NCBI GenBank assembly: GCA_040758355.1 | Contig: JBFLWF010000003.1 | Coordinates: forward strand, 32,001 to 96,000 | From: Nitrospirota bacterium | GTDB lineage: Bacteria > Nitrospirota > Thermodesulfovibrionia > Thermodesulfovibrionales > Dissulfurispiraceae | Direction of reading: 5' to 3' | Length of the DNA stretch: 64,000 bases | In this document: positions 8,931 through 19,356 of the stretch, piece by piece | How positions within the stretch are numbered: position 1 is the first letter of the stretch | Layout: each line of letters starts with the position of its first letter | The notes under the pieces: model-generated | Databases searched by the model: none | What the model saw: the letters and a program-made list of their open reading frames with translations, nothing else | Told to the model about the DNA's origin: nothing | Translations under genes and position numbers: made by a program

Positions 8931-11606
8931 ATGCCAAAGGTAACAATAGACGGCAGGGCAATAGAAGTTCCGGCAGGAACAACGGTTTTGGATGCAGCAA
9001 AGATGCTGGATATTCCTATACCAACACTATGCCACCATCCAAAACTCACTCCATTTGGAGGATGCAGGCTGTGCATAGTGGAGATAAAAGGAATACCAAG
9101 ACCTGTAACTTCATGCACAACACCTGTAAGCGAAGGCATGGAAGTAACGACATCGACACCGCAGATAGAGAATCTGAGGAAAACCGTTTTGGAGCTTATA
9201 CTTTCAGATCATCCCAACGACTGCATGGTATGCGAGAGGGCAGGAGATTGCACACTGCAGGAGCTTGCATACTTTTATGGAATAAGGGAAAACAGATTTG
9301 CAGGGGAGAGAAGGATATATACAAAAAGGGATGGGAATCCATTCATTGAAAGGGATATGGAGAAGTGCATACTCTGCGGCAGGTGCGTAAAGGTCTGCGA
9401 TGAGGTTCAGGGAGTCGGGGCTATTGACTTTACATACAGGGGATTCAAATCAAAGATATGTCCTCCTTATGAGAAAGACCTTGATTGCGAGTTTTGCGGT
9501 CAGTGCGTTGCAGTCTGCCCTACAGGCGCCCTTACAGGCAAGCAGTGGGCGTTTAAGGGCAGGCAGAAGGATATTAAAGAGGTTGAAACGGTGTGTCCCT
9601 ACTGCGGCACTGGATGTAATATTACCCTTCATGTAAGAAGGAACGAGGTTGTAAGGGTAACATCGAGAGAAGATACATGGAATGAAGGATGGCTGTGCGT
9701 GAAGGGGAGGTTTGGCTATAAGTTCATCAACAGCCCTGACCGGCTGAAAAGCCCGCTTATAAGGATAGCACAGAAGTCAGAAGTCTTCAGGGAAGCCTCC
9801 TGGGATGAGGCACTCAATTATATCGCTACAAGATTAAACGAAATAAAGGCTAAGCATGGTGCAGATGCCATTGGTGGTCTTTCTTCTGCAAGATGCACAA
9901 ACGAAGAGAACTATTTATTTCAGAAATTTATGAGGGCTGCAATCGGTACGAATAATGTCGACCATTGTGCCCGTCTCTGACATGCTCCAACTGTGGCCAG
10001 TCTGGCCACCATATTCGGGTCGGGGGCTATGACCAATTCCATAAGAGAGATCGAAGGCATGGAGGTTATATTCATAATCGGCTCCAACACGAAGGAAACA
10101 CATCCTGTAATCGCCAATAGGATGATAAAGGCATACAGAAAGGGTGCGAAGATAATAGTTGCCGACCCGAGAAGGGTGCCGATGGTGAGATTTGCCGGGT
10201 TGTTTTTGAATTTAAAACCCGGAACGGATGCGGCGCTTCTCAATGGGATCGCCCATGTAATATTGAAAGAAGGAATGCATGACGGATATTTCATAGATAA
10301 AAGGACAGATGGTTTTGAAGAATGGAAAAAATCCGTGGAAGAATTTACCCCTGAATATGTTGAAAAGATAACAGGTGTTCCTAAAGAAGATATAATTAAA
10401 GCTGCAAGGCTTTATGGAAGCTCACGCAGGGCAGGCATATTTTACACAATGGGCATCACCCAGCATACATGCGGTACTGACAATGTAAATGCAATAGCAA
10501 ACCTTGCTCTTCTTACAGGAAACATCGGCAGGGAATTTACAGGCATCAGTCCATTAAGGGGACAGAATAATGTTCAGGGATCTTCGGATGCTGGCTGTCT
10601 GCCGAATGTATATCCCGGCTATCAGAGGGTGGATTTGCCTGAGATAAAACACAAATTCGAGAAGGCATGGGGCGTTTCCCTTTCTCAAAATGCAGGGTTA
10701 AAGGCAACAGAGATGATACCTGCTGCGCTTGAAGGCGGATTAAAGGCTATGTACATAATGGGAGAAAATCCTGTAATTACAGACCCGAATATGCATCATA
10801 CAGTAGAGGCATTAAAGAGCCTTGAGTTCCTTGTTGTCCAGGACATCTTCATGACAGAAACAGCCGAGCTTGCGGATGTGGTATTGCCTGCCGCATGCTT
10901 TGCAGAAAAGGATGGAACCTTTACAAATACAGAGCGGAAGGTGCAGAGGGTAAGAAAGGCAGTCAATCCTCTGGGTGAAGCAAGGGATGATATATCCGTC
11001 ATCATGGAGATTTCAGAAAGACTCGGTTATCCCATGGATTATAATTCTCCGGAAGAGGTGCTTGAGGAGTTCGGCCAGCTCTGGCCTGCCCTTGCCGGCA
11101 TAAAATACAACCGGATCGAAAAATACGGCATTCAATGGCCATGCCCGACAAAGGATCATCCAGGCACGGAATATCTTTATAAGGGCGGATTCCCGCGCGG
11201 CAAGGTCCATTTCACCCCGACGCAGTATGCCCCTCCTGCAGAGATCGCCGATGAAGATTATCCCTTTATCCTTACTACGGGCAGGAATCTCTTCCAGTAC
11301 CATGCAGGCTCCATGACGAGAAGGGTAAAACCGATAGAGATTCATGCCGGTGAGCCTTATATGGAAATTAATCCATCGGACAGCGAAAGGCTTGATATTA
11401 AGGATGGCGATGTAGTAAAAGTCGTGTCCAGACGCGGAAACATCGAGATAAAAGCAAGGATTACCCGAAGGGTTTCCGAGGGCGTGGTGTTCATACCAAT
11501 GCACTACAGGGAAGCAGCGGCCAATGTATTAACAAATGACAGTGCTCTTGACAGACATGTAAAGACCCCTGAATATAAGGTCTGTTCTGTGAAAATAGAA
11601 AAGTAA
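8931..11606 (+). CDS. fdhF: Selenocysteine-containing formate dehydrogenase alpha subunit (891 aa, UGA 9978-9980 read as Sec)
   Basis: ORFs 8931-9980 and 9993-11606 are in the same frame. Junction reads NNVDHCARL-U-HAPTVASL (FDH active-site motif). PLRGQNNVQG present, plus N-terminal HydA-like FeS domains. Confidence 0.93.
9978..10010 (+). promoter_or_regulatory. Bacterial SECIS element
   Basis: TGA followed 12 nt later by hairpin GTGGCCA-GTC-TGGCCAC (9993-10009), resembling the E. coli fdhF SECIS in position and apical GU. Confidence 0.8.
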
Positions 11607-11618
11607 GGAGGGAAACAT

Positions 11619-12074
11619 ATGGCAACAATCACTGACCTTAAGAAGCAGGTATTATTTGAAGATACAGATGACAAACATCTTGAAAAGATCGCAGAAAAAC
11701 TGCAAGAGATAACCATTAAAAAAGATAGCTATGTGTTCAGAGAAAAAGAAGACACGAAGGGCATATATCTCATTCACTCCGGAAAACTCGAGATTTCCAA
11801 AACAACGCCTGACGGCTGGAAACAGACCCTTGCAGTTCTCGGTGACGGTCATTTTTGCGGAGAGTTGTCAATCCTCGAAAAGAGGCATCACGAGGCAAAT
11901 GCCGTTGCCCTTGAGGATACCACATTATTCCTGCTTTCAAAGGATGAATTCGAAAAAATAGAAAATGAAGATATGGTCCTTGCAAATGTCATCCTGAAGA
12001 AGCTCGCTTTTGTATTGAGCAAAAATCTTAGGCGCATGAACGATAAGTTTTTAAATGTGCTTATAAATTACTAA
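11619..12074 (+). CDS. Stand-alone cyclic-nucleotide-binding (Crp effector) domain protein
   Basis: [44 protein letters not shown]. No HTH. Confidence 0.85.
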   Translation: MATITDLKKQVLFEDTDDKHLEKIAEKLQEITIKKDSYVFREKEDTKGIYLIHSGKLEISKTTPDGWKQTLAVLGDGHFCGELSILEKRHHEANAVALEDTTLFLLSKDEFEKIENEDMVLANVILKKLAFVLSKNLRRMNDKFLNVLINY

Positions 12075-12093
12075 CAAAAAGGAGGAGGTATTT

Positions 12094-13857
12094 ATGCCGT
12101 ATGACGCAACGAAATTAGCTGACTGGCAGATTTCAGAAGAAGCTGAAAAAAACATGCCCACCCCGGAAGAGTGGCGCGAAAAACTCGGGCTGCAGAAAGA
12201 TGAGATGCTGCCCATGGGCCGCCTCTCCAAAATTGACTTTCTAAAGGTTATCGAGCGTCTTAAGGACAAGCCTGACGGCAAATACATAGAGGTTACAGCT
12301 ATCACGCCGACACCTCTGGGCGAAGGCAAAAGCACCACCTCTTGCGGCCTGATGGAAGGCCTCGGCAAGAGGGGCGTTAACGTGGGAGGCGCTCTGCGCC
12401 AGCCTTCAGGCGGTCCCACAATGAACGTGAAAGGCACCGCAGCAGGCGGCGGTAACTCCCTGCTGATCCCTATGACCGAATTTTCACTTGGGCTCACCGG
12501 CGACATCAACGACATCATGAACGCCCACAACCTTGCTATGGTCGCCCTCACCGCCCGCATGCAGCATGAGCGCAATTATAATGACGAGCAGTTGCAGCGG
12601 CTCACCAGGATGAGGCGTCTTGATATAGACCCCACCCGCGTGGAGATGGGATGGATAATGGACTTCTGCGCCCAGAGCCTCCGCAATATCATCATTGGCA
12701 TCGGCGGCAAACAGGACGGCTACATGATGCAGTCAAAGTTCGGTATCGCCGTGGGTTCCGAGTGCATGGCAATCCTTTCAGTAGCCAACGACCTTGCAGA
12801 CCTGAAAAAGCGCCTGAACAACATCACAGTTGCCTTTGACAAAAACCATAAACCAGTCACAACAGGAGATCTTGAAGTCGGCAATGCAATGGCTGCCTTC
12901 ATGCGTAATACCATTAACCCAACCCTTATGTGCACGGCCGAATACAATCCATGCTTTGTGCATGCCGGGCCGTTTGCGAATATAGCTATAGGGCAATCAT
13001 CCATTATTGCCGACAGGATCGGACTGAAGCTCTTTGATTATCATGTTACGGAGTCCGGCTTTGCAGCGGACATCGGTTTCGAAAAGTTCTGGAACGTCAA
13101 GTGCCGCTTCAGCGGCCTGAAACCCCATGTGTCGGTGCTGACCACCACCGTGCGCGCCCTGAAGATGCACGGCGGCGGGCCAAAAGTCGTGCCGGGAAAG
13201 GCCCTGCCAGAAGAGTACACTAAAGAGAATATCGCCCTTGTCGAAAAGGGCTGCGCCAATATGGTTCATATGATAAATATCATCCGCAAGTCCGGCATCA
13301 ACCCTGTGGTCTGCGTCAACCGTTTCTATACCGATACGGATGCGGAAGTGGCGGTTATCAAGAAAGCCGCGGAAGCGGCAGGAGCCCGCTGCGCCGAATC
13401 GCAGCACTGGCTCAAGGGCGGCGAGGGAGCGCTGGAACTGGCAGATGCTGTCATTGACGCCTGCAACGACAAGAATGACTTCAAGTTCCTCTATCCGCTG
13501 GAGATGAAACTGCGCGACCGCGTAGCTATCATCGCAAAAGAAGTGTACGGCGCAGACGGCGTCTCATGGACACCCGAGGCTGAAGCAAAGGCAAAGATGC
13601 TTGAAGATGATCCCAAGTATGCAGACTACGCAACAATGATGGTAAAAACGCATCTGAGCCTTTCGCATGACCCTGCTGTCAAAGGAGTTCCTAAAGGCTG
13701 GACCCTGCCAATCAGGGACGTGCTGATCTACTCAGGCGCAAAGTTCCTCTGCCCAATGGCAGGAACAATAAGCCTCATGCCCGGAACGAGTTCCGATCCT
13801 GCTTTCCGAAGGATCGATGTGGATACCGCGACCGGAAAGGTCAGCGGACTGTTCTAA
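12094..13857 (+). CDS. fhs: Formate--tetrahydrofolate ligase
   Basis: [47 protein letters not shown]. Confidence 0.97.
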   Translation: MPYDATKLADWQISEEAEKNMPTPEEWREKLGLQKDEMLPMGRLSKIDFLKVIERLKDKPDGKYIEVTAITPTPLGEGKSTTSCGLMEGLGKRGVNVGGALRQPSGGPTMNVKGTAAGGGNSLLIPMTEFSLGLTGDINDIMNAHNLAMVALTARMQHERNYNDEQLQRLTRMRRLDIDPTRVEMGWIMDFCAQSLRNIIIGIGGKQDGYMMQSKFGIAVGSECMAILSVANDLADLKKRLNNITVAFDKNHKPVTTGDLEVGNAMAAFMRNTINPTLMCTAEYNPCFVHAGPFANIAIGQSSIIADRIGLKLFDYHVTESGFAADIGFEKFWNVKCRFSGLKPHVSVLTTTVRALKMHGGGPKVVPGKALPEEYTKENIALVEKGCANMVHMINIIRKSGINPVVCVNRFYTDTDAEVAVIKKAAEAAGARCAESQHWLKGGEGALELADAVIDACNDKNDFKFLYPLEMKLRDRVAIIAKEVYGADGVSWTPEAEAKAKMLEDDPKYADYATMMVKTHLSLSHDPAVKGVPKGWTLPIRDVLIYSGAKFLCPMAGTISLMPGTSSDPAFRRIDVDTATGKVSGLF

Positions 13858-13883
13858 ACATTTTTGCTTCTACAGTTACCGAC

Positions 13884-13920
13884 AAGCCTCCAGAAATATA
13901 TTCTGGAGGCTTCTTGTTTT
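13884..13920 (+). terminator. Intrinsic terminator after fhs
   Basis: AAGCCTCCAGAA-ATATA-TTCTGGAGGCTT followed by CTTGTTTT. Confidence 0.8.
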
Positions 13921-13936
13921 CAGGTATAATACATTT

Positions 13937-15004
13937 ATGGGAGTAATCAAAAAGAGTACGCTCTCATTAATCATTGCAGTTGTTCTCTCCTTAATACTGC
14001 ATATTGTAGTCATTGCGGGCATTTCAGGAATAGATTTATTTAGTTTTAAAGAATTGTTTGCTGCAAAACCATTCCATGCAAAAATTGTATCAGAGTCCCC
14101 TAAAAAACCTAACTTGAGCAAATTAATTAAAGAACCGCCTCCTGTTCAGCCTGACAACATTCCTCAAAAACAAGAAACTCCTCCGGCAACAGAAGAAGAT
14201 GTAAACAGGACAGAACAGCCTTCAGAAGTCCTTCCTGTCGACAAACAGGCTCAGGATAATAAGGACGAATTCCAGCAAACAGCGAGTTTGCCTGCAAGCG
14301 AAAAGCCAATAGAACTGCCTAAAACTCAAGATACTGTTCAGATACTAAAATCCGCAAGGGAAAAACTCTATTTCGACATTTACTGGCTCGGCATTTATGT
14401 GGGAAAGGCAGTCCTTGAGGCTGTTAATGACAACGGCAATGTGAAAATAACATCGCAGGTTCATTCCGCACCATTGATCTCTGCATTTTATAAAGTGGAA
14501 GACTATGCAGAAAGCCATATAACAAATGGCACTCCATCTTTTTTCAAAATAAAGCAGCGCGAGGGAAGAAAAAGGGGAAACAAGGAAACATTCTTCGATA
14601 TAACAAACAAAAAGGTTACACACATAAACCACATTAAAGGAACAAAGGACGAGCATACTATTAGTGCTGAGAACTTGTGGGATGTAATGTCTGGCTTCTA
14701 TTATTTACGGACGCAAAAACTCAATGTAGGTGAAACCGTATATATCAATGTCTTCGACAGCAATAAATTTTACAAGGCTGAAGTCGAGGTGCTGAGAAAA
14801 GACAAAGTGGTAATGTCCGATGAGAAAGAACTGGATGCAGTAGTGGTAAAGCCCAGACTTAAATCAGAAGGCCTGTTTGAGAACAAAGGAGATATATCTG
14901 TCTGGCTCTCTGATGATGATATGAAAATACCGCTCAAAGTCGAAACCGAAGTGCCCATCGGAAAGGTTACTGCTGAGTTAAAGTCACTGGAGACAGAGAA
15001 ATAA
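13937..15004 (+). CDS. DUF3108-like protein with N-terminal TM and Pro/Glu-rich linker
   Basis: Likely ATG at 13937 (MGVIKKS). C-terminal domain EKLYFDIYWLGIYVGKA...ISVWLSDDDMKIPLKV typical of DUF3108. Confidence 0.7.
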   Translation: MGVIKKSTLSLIIAVVLSLILHIVVIAGISGIDLFSFKELFAAKPFHAKIVSESPKKPNLSKLIKEPPPVQPDNIPQKQETPPATEEDVNRTEQPSEVLPVDKQAQDNKDEFQQTASLPASEKPIELPKTQDTVQILKSAREKLYFDIYWLGIYVGKAVLEAVNDNGNVKITSQVHSAPLISAFYKVEDYAESHITNGTPSFFKIKQREGRKRGNKETFFDITNKKVTHINHIKGTKDEHTISAENLWDVMSGFYYLRTQKLNVGETVYINVFDSNKFYKAEVEVLRKDKVVMSDEKELDAVVVKPRLKSEGLFENKGDISVWLSDDDMKIPLKVETEVPIGKVTAELKSLETEK

Positions 15005-15030
15005 AAGTTTCCTGCCTGCTTAGGTTATAC

Positions 15031-15231
15031 TGTGACCCAGCGATAAGGATAAGTCTCTTTCGTTCAGAAGCTCTGTTTTGACAGTTCTAATGCTCCTTGC
15101 ACTACAGCCGCAAAACTCACCCTTCGGGCTCAAACAGTTGCGGCTGTTTAACGCTCCAGTCGCAAAGAACTGTTACCAAAACATCGCTATTCACTTCAGA
15201 GACCCATCCTTATCGCTGGATTTGGGTTATA
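15031..15231. repeat. ~200-bp rod-like imperfect palindrome upstream of uvrA
   Basis: Nested arms CCAGCGATAAGGAT/ATCCTTATCGCTGG, GTCTCT/AGAGAC, TGTTTTG/CAAAACA, ACAGTTCT/AGAACTGT, ACAGCCGCAA/TTGCGGCTGT, with apical CC-TTCG-GG. Confidence 0.85.
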
Positions 15232-15249
15232 ATAAAAACGGACATAGCC

Positions 15250-17781
15250 ATGCAAGAATTTATAATCATAAAAGGCGCAAGGGAGCATAATCTCAAAAAC
15301 ATCGATGTAACAATACCGAGGGACAGAATAACTGTCATTACAGGCCCTTCAGGCTCAGGAAAGTCGTCCCTTGCAATGGATACCATTTATGCAGAAGGGC
15401 AGAGAAGATATGTTGAGAGCCTTTCCGCATATGCTCGACAGTTCCTCGAGCAGATGCAAAAGCCTGAAGTTGACTATATCGAAGGACTTTCTCCTGCCAT
15501 TGCCATCGACCAAAGAACAGTCACCAGAAGCCCCCGCTCTACGGTAGGGACTATTACCGAGATATACGATTATATGAGGGTGCTTTATACGAGGATAGGC
15601 ATCCCGTATTGTTATCAATGCGGTTCGGTTATCACAACGCAGGACCTGCACAATATCATAAGGGCAATACTCTCATTACCATCAGGAACAAGGGTTCAGG
15701 TGCTTGCGCCAATTGTAAGGGAAAGGAAAGGCGAATACAAAAAAGAGCTGCAGCAGATGCGGATGGACGGTTTTGTCAGGGCAAGGATCGACGGCAAGAT
15801 GGTGGATTTGACACAGGACATTTCCCTTAAAAAGCAGCAGAGGCATACCATAGAGATAGTAATAGACAGGTTTATAATAAAGCACTCCATAGAAAGGCAG
15901 ATAAGGCAGGCAATAGACACATCCCTGAGATATGCAGATACGGTTATAATCAATCTCATAGATGAAAACAGGGACATTCCATTCAGCAGAACCCTCGCCT
16001 GCCCTAAGTGCGGAATAAGTTATCCTGAGATCGAGCCAATGCTTTTTTCCTTTAATAGTAAGTATGGTGCGTGCCCCAGATGCAACGGTATTGGATTTGA
16101 AGGTATAAGCGATGAATTTGGAGTTGAGAGTCCTGAGTTTGGAGTTGTAGGTGAGGAGGAATTTACTCATTTAGCAGCATGCAAGGGATGTAACGGCATG
16201 AGGCTGAGAAAAGAGGCCCTGAGCATAAAGCTCAATAACACAAGCATTGGCGAATTTGCCGACATGTCAGTTAAAGATGCAGAAGCCTTTGTGCATGGAC
16301 TAAAACTCTCTGAAAGGGAAACGGTAATCTCAAGAAGGGTTCTTAAAGAGGTGAAGGACAGGCTCTCATTCCTCGACAGGGTTGGTTTGGGTTATTTAAC
16401 TCTTGACAGGCCTTCCCTCACACTCTCAGGCGGAGAGGCCCAGAGAATAAGGCTGGCAACACAGATCGGTTCATCCCTCACCGGGGTCCTTTATGTGCTC
16501 GATGAGCCGAGCATCGGCCTGCATCCGAGGGACTGTACAAAACTCCTCAAAAGTCTTTCTTCAATAAAAGATGCAGGAAATACAGTAATCATTGTTGAGC
16601 ATGACGAAGAGACCATAAGAAGTGCAGACCATGTTATAGACATGGGACCAGGCGCTGGCAAAAACGGCGGATGGATTATATCGACAGGCTCGCCTGTCGA
16701 TATAATAAAAGACGGGTCGTCAATCACAGGGAAATATCTTGGCGGACAGCTCGCAATACCTATACCTGAAAAGCGGCGCAGACCAAGAGAGTTCTTGAAG
16801 ATAACGGGAGCATCCGAATTCAATCTGAGAAATATCAATGTCTCGATCCCCATCGGGGTATTTGTGTGCGTGACAGGCGTTTCGGGATCGGGCAAAAGCA
16901 CATTGATCTTTGAAATCCTATACAAGGCACTTTCAAGGCATATCTACAACAGCAGCCTGATTCCTGGACAATATAAAAAAATTGAGGGCATGGAAAAGAT
17001 CGATAAAGTGATATGCATTGACCAGTCTCCATTGGGAAGGACTCCGAGGTCAAACCCGGCTACATACACAGGAATACTTACAATTATAAGGGACCTTTTT
17101 TCCCAACTGCCTGATTCGAGGATAAGGGGATACAAACCTTCGAGGTTCAGCTTTAATGTGACCGGCGGAAGATGCGAGGCATGCCAGGGAGATGGATTGA
17201 AAAAAATAGAGATGCATTTCCTGCCCGATGTATATGTGACATGCGATGTGTGTAAAGGCAAAAGATATAACAAAGAAACTCTCGACATTTATTACAAAGA
17301 AAAAAACATATCAGACATCCTTGAAATGACAATATCAGAGGCGCTTGAGTTCTTTTCGGCCATCCCTCCTCTCAAGCAGCGCCTCGATATTTTAGAAGAC
17401 ATGGGAATGGGATATCTCAAATTAGGCCAGTCTGCAACAACCCTTTCAGGGGGAGAGGCGCAGAGATTAAGGCTCTCCAAGGAATTGGGCAAGAAGGCCA
17501 CGGGCAATACCCTGTACATCCTCGATGAGCCCACAACAGGGCTGCACTTTGTTGACATTCAGAGGCTTCTCAATGTTATAAATAGACTCGTTGACATGGG
17601 CAACAGTGTTATAGTAATCGAGCATGACCTCGATATAATCAAGTCTGCCGATTACATTATCGACCTCGGGCCTGAAGGCGGGGAAGAAGGCGGAAGAATA
17701 GTGGCAGCCGGAACACCGGAAGATGTGGCAAAAAACAAAGAATCGTATACTGGAAGGTATCTGGCAAAGAAGATAATTTAG
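15250..17781 (+). CDS. uvrA: Excinuclease ABC subunit A (843 aa, short form)
   Basis: Start [18 protein letters not shown]. Two ABC modules ([26 protein letters not shown] x2) and Zn fingers. Confidence 0.96.
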   Translation: MQEFIIIKGAREHNLKNIDVTIPRDRITVITGPSGSGKSSLAMDTIYAEGQRRYVESLSAYARQFLEQMQKPEVDYIEGLSPAIAIDQRTVTRSPRSTVGTITEIYDYMRVLYTRIGIPYCYQCGSVITTQDLHNIIRAILSLPSGTRVQVLAPIVRERKGEYKKELQQMRMDGFVRARIDGKMVDLTQDISLKKQQRHTIEIVIDRFIIKHSIERQIRQAIDTSLRYADTVIINLIDENRDIPFSRTLACPKCGISYPEIEPMLFSFNSKYGACPRCNGIGFEGISDEFGVESPEFGVVGEEEFTHLAACKGCNGMRLRKEALSIKLNNTSIGEFADMSVKDAEAFVHGLKLSERETVISRRVLKEVKDRLSFLDRVGLGYLTLDRPSLTLSGGEAQRIRLATQIGSSLTGVLYVLDEPSIGLHPRDCTKLLKSLSSIKDAGNTVIIVEHDEETIRSADHVIDMGPGAGKNGGWIISTGSPVDIIKDGSSITGKYLGGQLAIPIPEKRRRPREFLKITGASEFNLRNINVSIPIGVFVCVTGVSGSGKSTLIFEILYKALSRHIYNSSLIPGQYKKIEGMEKIDKVICIDQSPLGRTPRSNPATYTGILTIIRDLFSQLPDSRIRGYKPSRFSFNVTGGRCEACQGDGLKKIEMHFLPDVYVTCDVCKGKRYNKETLDIYYKEKNISDILEMTISEALEFFSAIPPLKQRLDILEDMGMGYLKLGQSATTLSGGEAQRLRLSKELGKKATGNTLYILDEPTTGLHFVDIQRLLNVINRLVDMGNSVIVIEHDLDIIKSADYIIDLGPEGGEEGGRIVAAGTPEDVAKNKESYTGRYLAKKII

Positions 17782-17784
17782 GCA

Positions 17785-18870
17785 ATGGGCAATAGGCAAA
17801 AGACAAAAGACAAAAAAAATAATATTTTTGGAACAGGGATAAATGGTTATTCAGTTATTTCACATCGCCTATTGCCTATCGCCTATTGCCTTTTGTTTAT
17901 CTTATCTTCCTGCAGCCCTACTCAAGAAAAGCTCTACAAAGAGACCCGCACTTCTATGTACACTATTGTCTCGATTACGGTATCTTCAGACTCCGAAGAA
18001 AAGGCAAAAACAGCAATTGACAGGGCATTTAACGAACTGGACAGGCTTGCAAGGCTTTTAAATTTTTATTCTGAAGACAGCGAAGTATCCATGATTAATA
18101 GAAACGCTGGCGACAAACCTGTAAAGGTATCTCCAGAGACATTGGAGATAATAGATAAGGCGCTTTATGTATCGGAAAATACGGAAGGCGCATTTGATAT
18201 TACAGTCGGCCATGTAGTACGTCTGTGGGACTTCCAAAATAAGGTGCTGCCTGATGAAAAATTAATTAAAGAAAAACTTAAACTCGTGGGATACAGGAAT
18301 GTAATTGTGGATAAGGAAAAATCCAAGGTCTTTCTCAAAACAAAAGGAGTGCAGATAGACTTAGGCGGCATTATAAAAGGCTATGCAGCGGACAAGGCAG
18401 TAGAGGTGCTTAGAAAGAACAGGATAAAATCAGGCATTGTGGCTATTGCAGGAGATATAAAGGTGTTTGGGAAAAGACCGCCGACAGGATCGGATAACGG
18501 GCTGTGGAATGTTGGAATACAAAACCCGAGACAGAAAAGCGACAAGGATGAAATCATTGCTGCCATCGGTCTTTCGGATATGGCAATATCCACATCAGGT
18601 GATTACCAGAGATTTTTTATAAAGGATGGGAAAAGGTATCATCATCTTCTCAATCCAAGGACAGGCTATCCTGCTTATGGCTGCCAGAGCGTAACAATAA
18701 TAACAAAGGATGCTGCATTTACAGATGCCTTTGCCACAGGCATATTTATCCTCGGCCATCAAAAGGGAATGGATGTCTTAAAGAGGCTCGGCTTTGATGG
18801 AGTTATTGTGGATAAAGATGGTAAAATTCTTGTCACAGAAGGGATAAAAGATAAAATAAAATGGACCTAA
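17785..18870 (+). CDS. apbE: FAD:protein FMN transferase (ApbE) lipoprotein
   Basis: Lipobox LSSC, GAFDITVG, DLGGIIKGYAAD, STSGDYQRF, YHHLLNPRTGYP. Start uncertain (repeat-derived N-terminus). Confidence 0.92.
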   Translation: MGNRQKTKDKKNNIFGTGINGYSVISHRLLPIAYCLLFILSSCSPTQEKLYKETRTSMYTIVSITVSSDSEEKAKTAIDRAFNELDRLARLLNFYSEDSEVSMINRNAGDKPVKVSPETLEIIDKALYVSENTEGAFDITVGHVVRLWDFQNKVLPDEKLIKEKLKLVGYRNVIVDKEKSKVFLKTKGVQIDLGGIIKGYAADKAVEVLRKNRIKSGIVAIAGDIKVFGKRPPTGSDNGLWNVGIQNPRQKSDKDEIIAAIGLSDMAISTSGDYQRFFIKDGKRYHHLLNPRTGYPAYGCQSVTIITKDAAFTDAFATGIFILGHQKGMDVLKRLGFDGVIVDKDGKILVTEGIKDKIKWT

Positions 18871-19078
18871 GTTGAGCGATTTTATATATGTCAGGCACTG
18901 CTCAAAGACTTTAAAAAGTGTTGGTTTAAGTGTATATGAGAGATAATAAATGCATCATCAAGCAAGCATCCAATGTAGTAGATGACGGATGCAAGATAAA
19001 TGGTTTTTACAAGTGCGTGGTTTAAAGTCTTTTCGCAGCACCTGACATATATTTTAGATTAGAATAGCCCAATTTAGG
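18866..19078. repeat. Structured palindromic element family, copy A
   Basis: ATATATGTCAGG/CCTGACATATAT, AAAGACTTTAAA/TTTAAAGTCTTT, core GCATCC-AATGTAGTAGATGAC-GGATGC. Homologous to 29949-30165 and 36901-37108. Confidence 0.9.
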
Positions 19079-19094
19079 ATGGAGTGTTGGAGTA

Positions 19095-19280
19095 ATGCAG
19101 ATAACCTGTCCTGTTTGTAAGAAAAAGACTACATGGGAAGAAAATCCGTGGAGGCCCTTTTGTTCAGAAAGATGCAAGCTGATCGATTTAGGGAAATGGG
19201 CATCTGAGGAGTATAAAGTTCCGGGAGAAGAAGCAGCGGAAAAAGAAGAGAAAGAGAAAAACAGTGCAAAAGACCAATAA
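19095..19280 (+). CDS. yacG: DNA gyrase inhibitor YacG
   Basis: [30 protein letters not shown]. Confidence 0.93.
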   Translation: MQITCPVCKKKTTWEENPWRPFCSERCKLIDLGKWASEEYKVPGEEAAEKEEKEKNSAKDQ

Positions 19281-19310
19281 CGAGTAAGTTAATTATAAAA
19301 AGGGGGATTT

Positions 19311-19337
19311 CATAAGGGGGACAACGTCCCCCTTATG
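19311..19337. repeat. Perfect GC-rich hairpin between yacG and dapB
   Basis: CATAAGGGGGAC-AAC-GTCCCCCTTATG, no U-tail. Confidence 0.7.
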
Positions 19338-19356
19338 CCCCAAGAGGAGGATTTAC

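Noticed and set aside
8931..11606. Two separate genes or a nonsense pseudogene for FDH
   Set aside because: Same frame, TGA at the Sec position, and a SECIS-like hairpin.
15097..15249. 51-aa N-terminal extension of UvrA and ORF 15078-15290
   Set aside because: Both read through the palindromic element. UvrA homology starts at ATG 15250.
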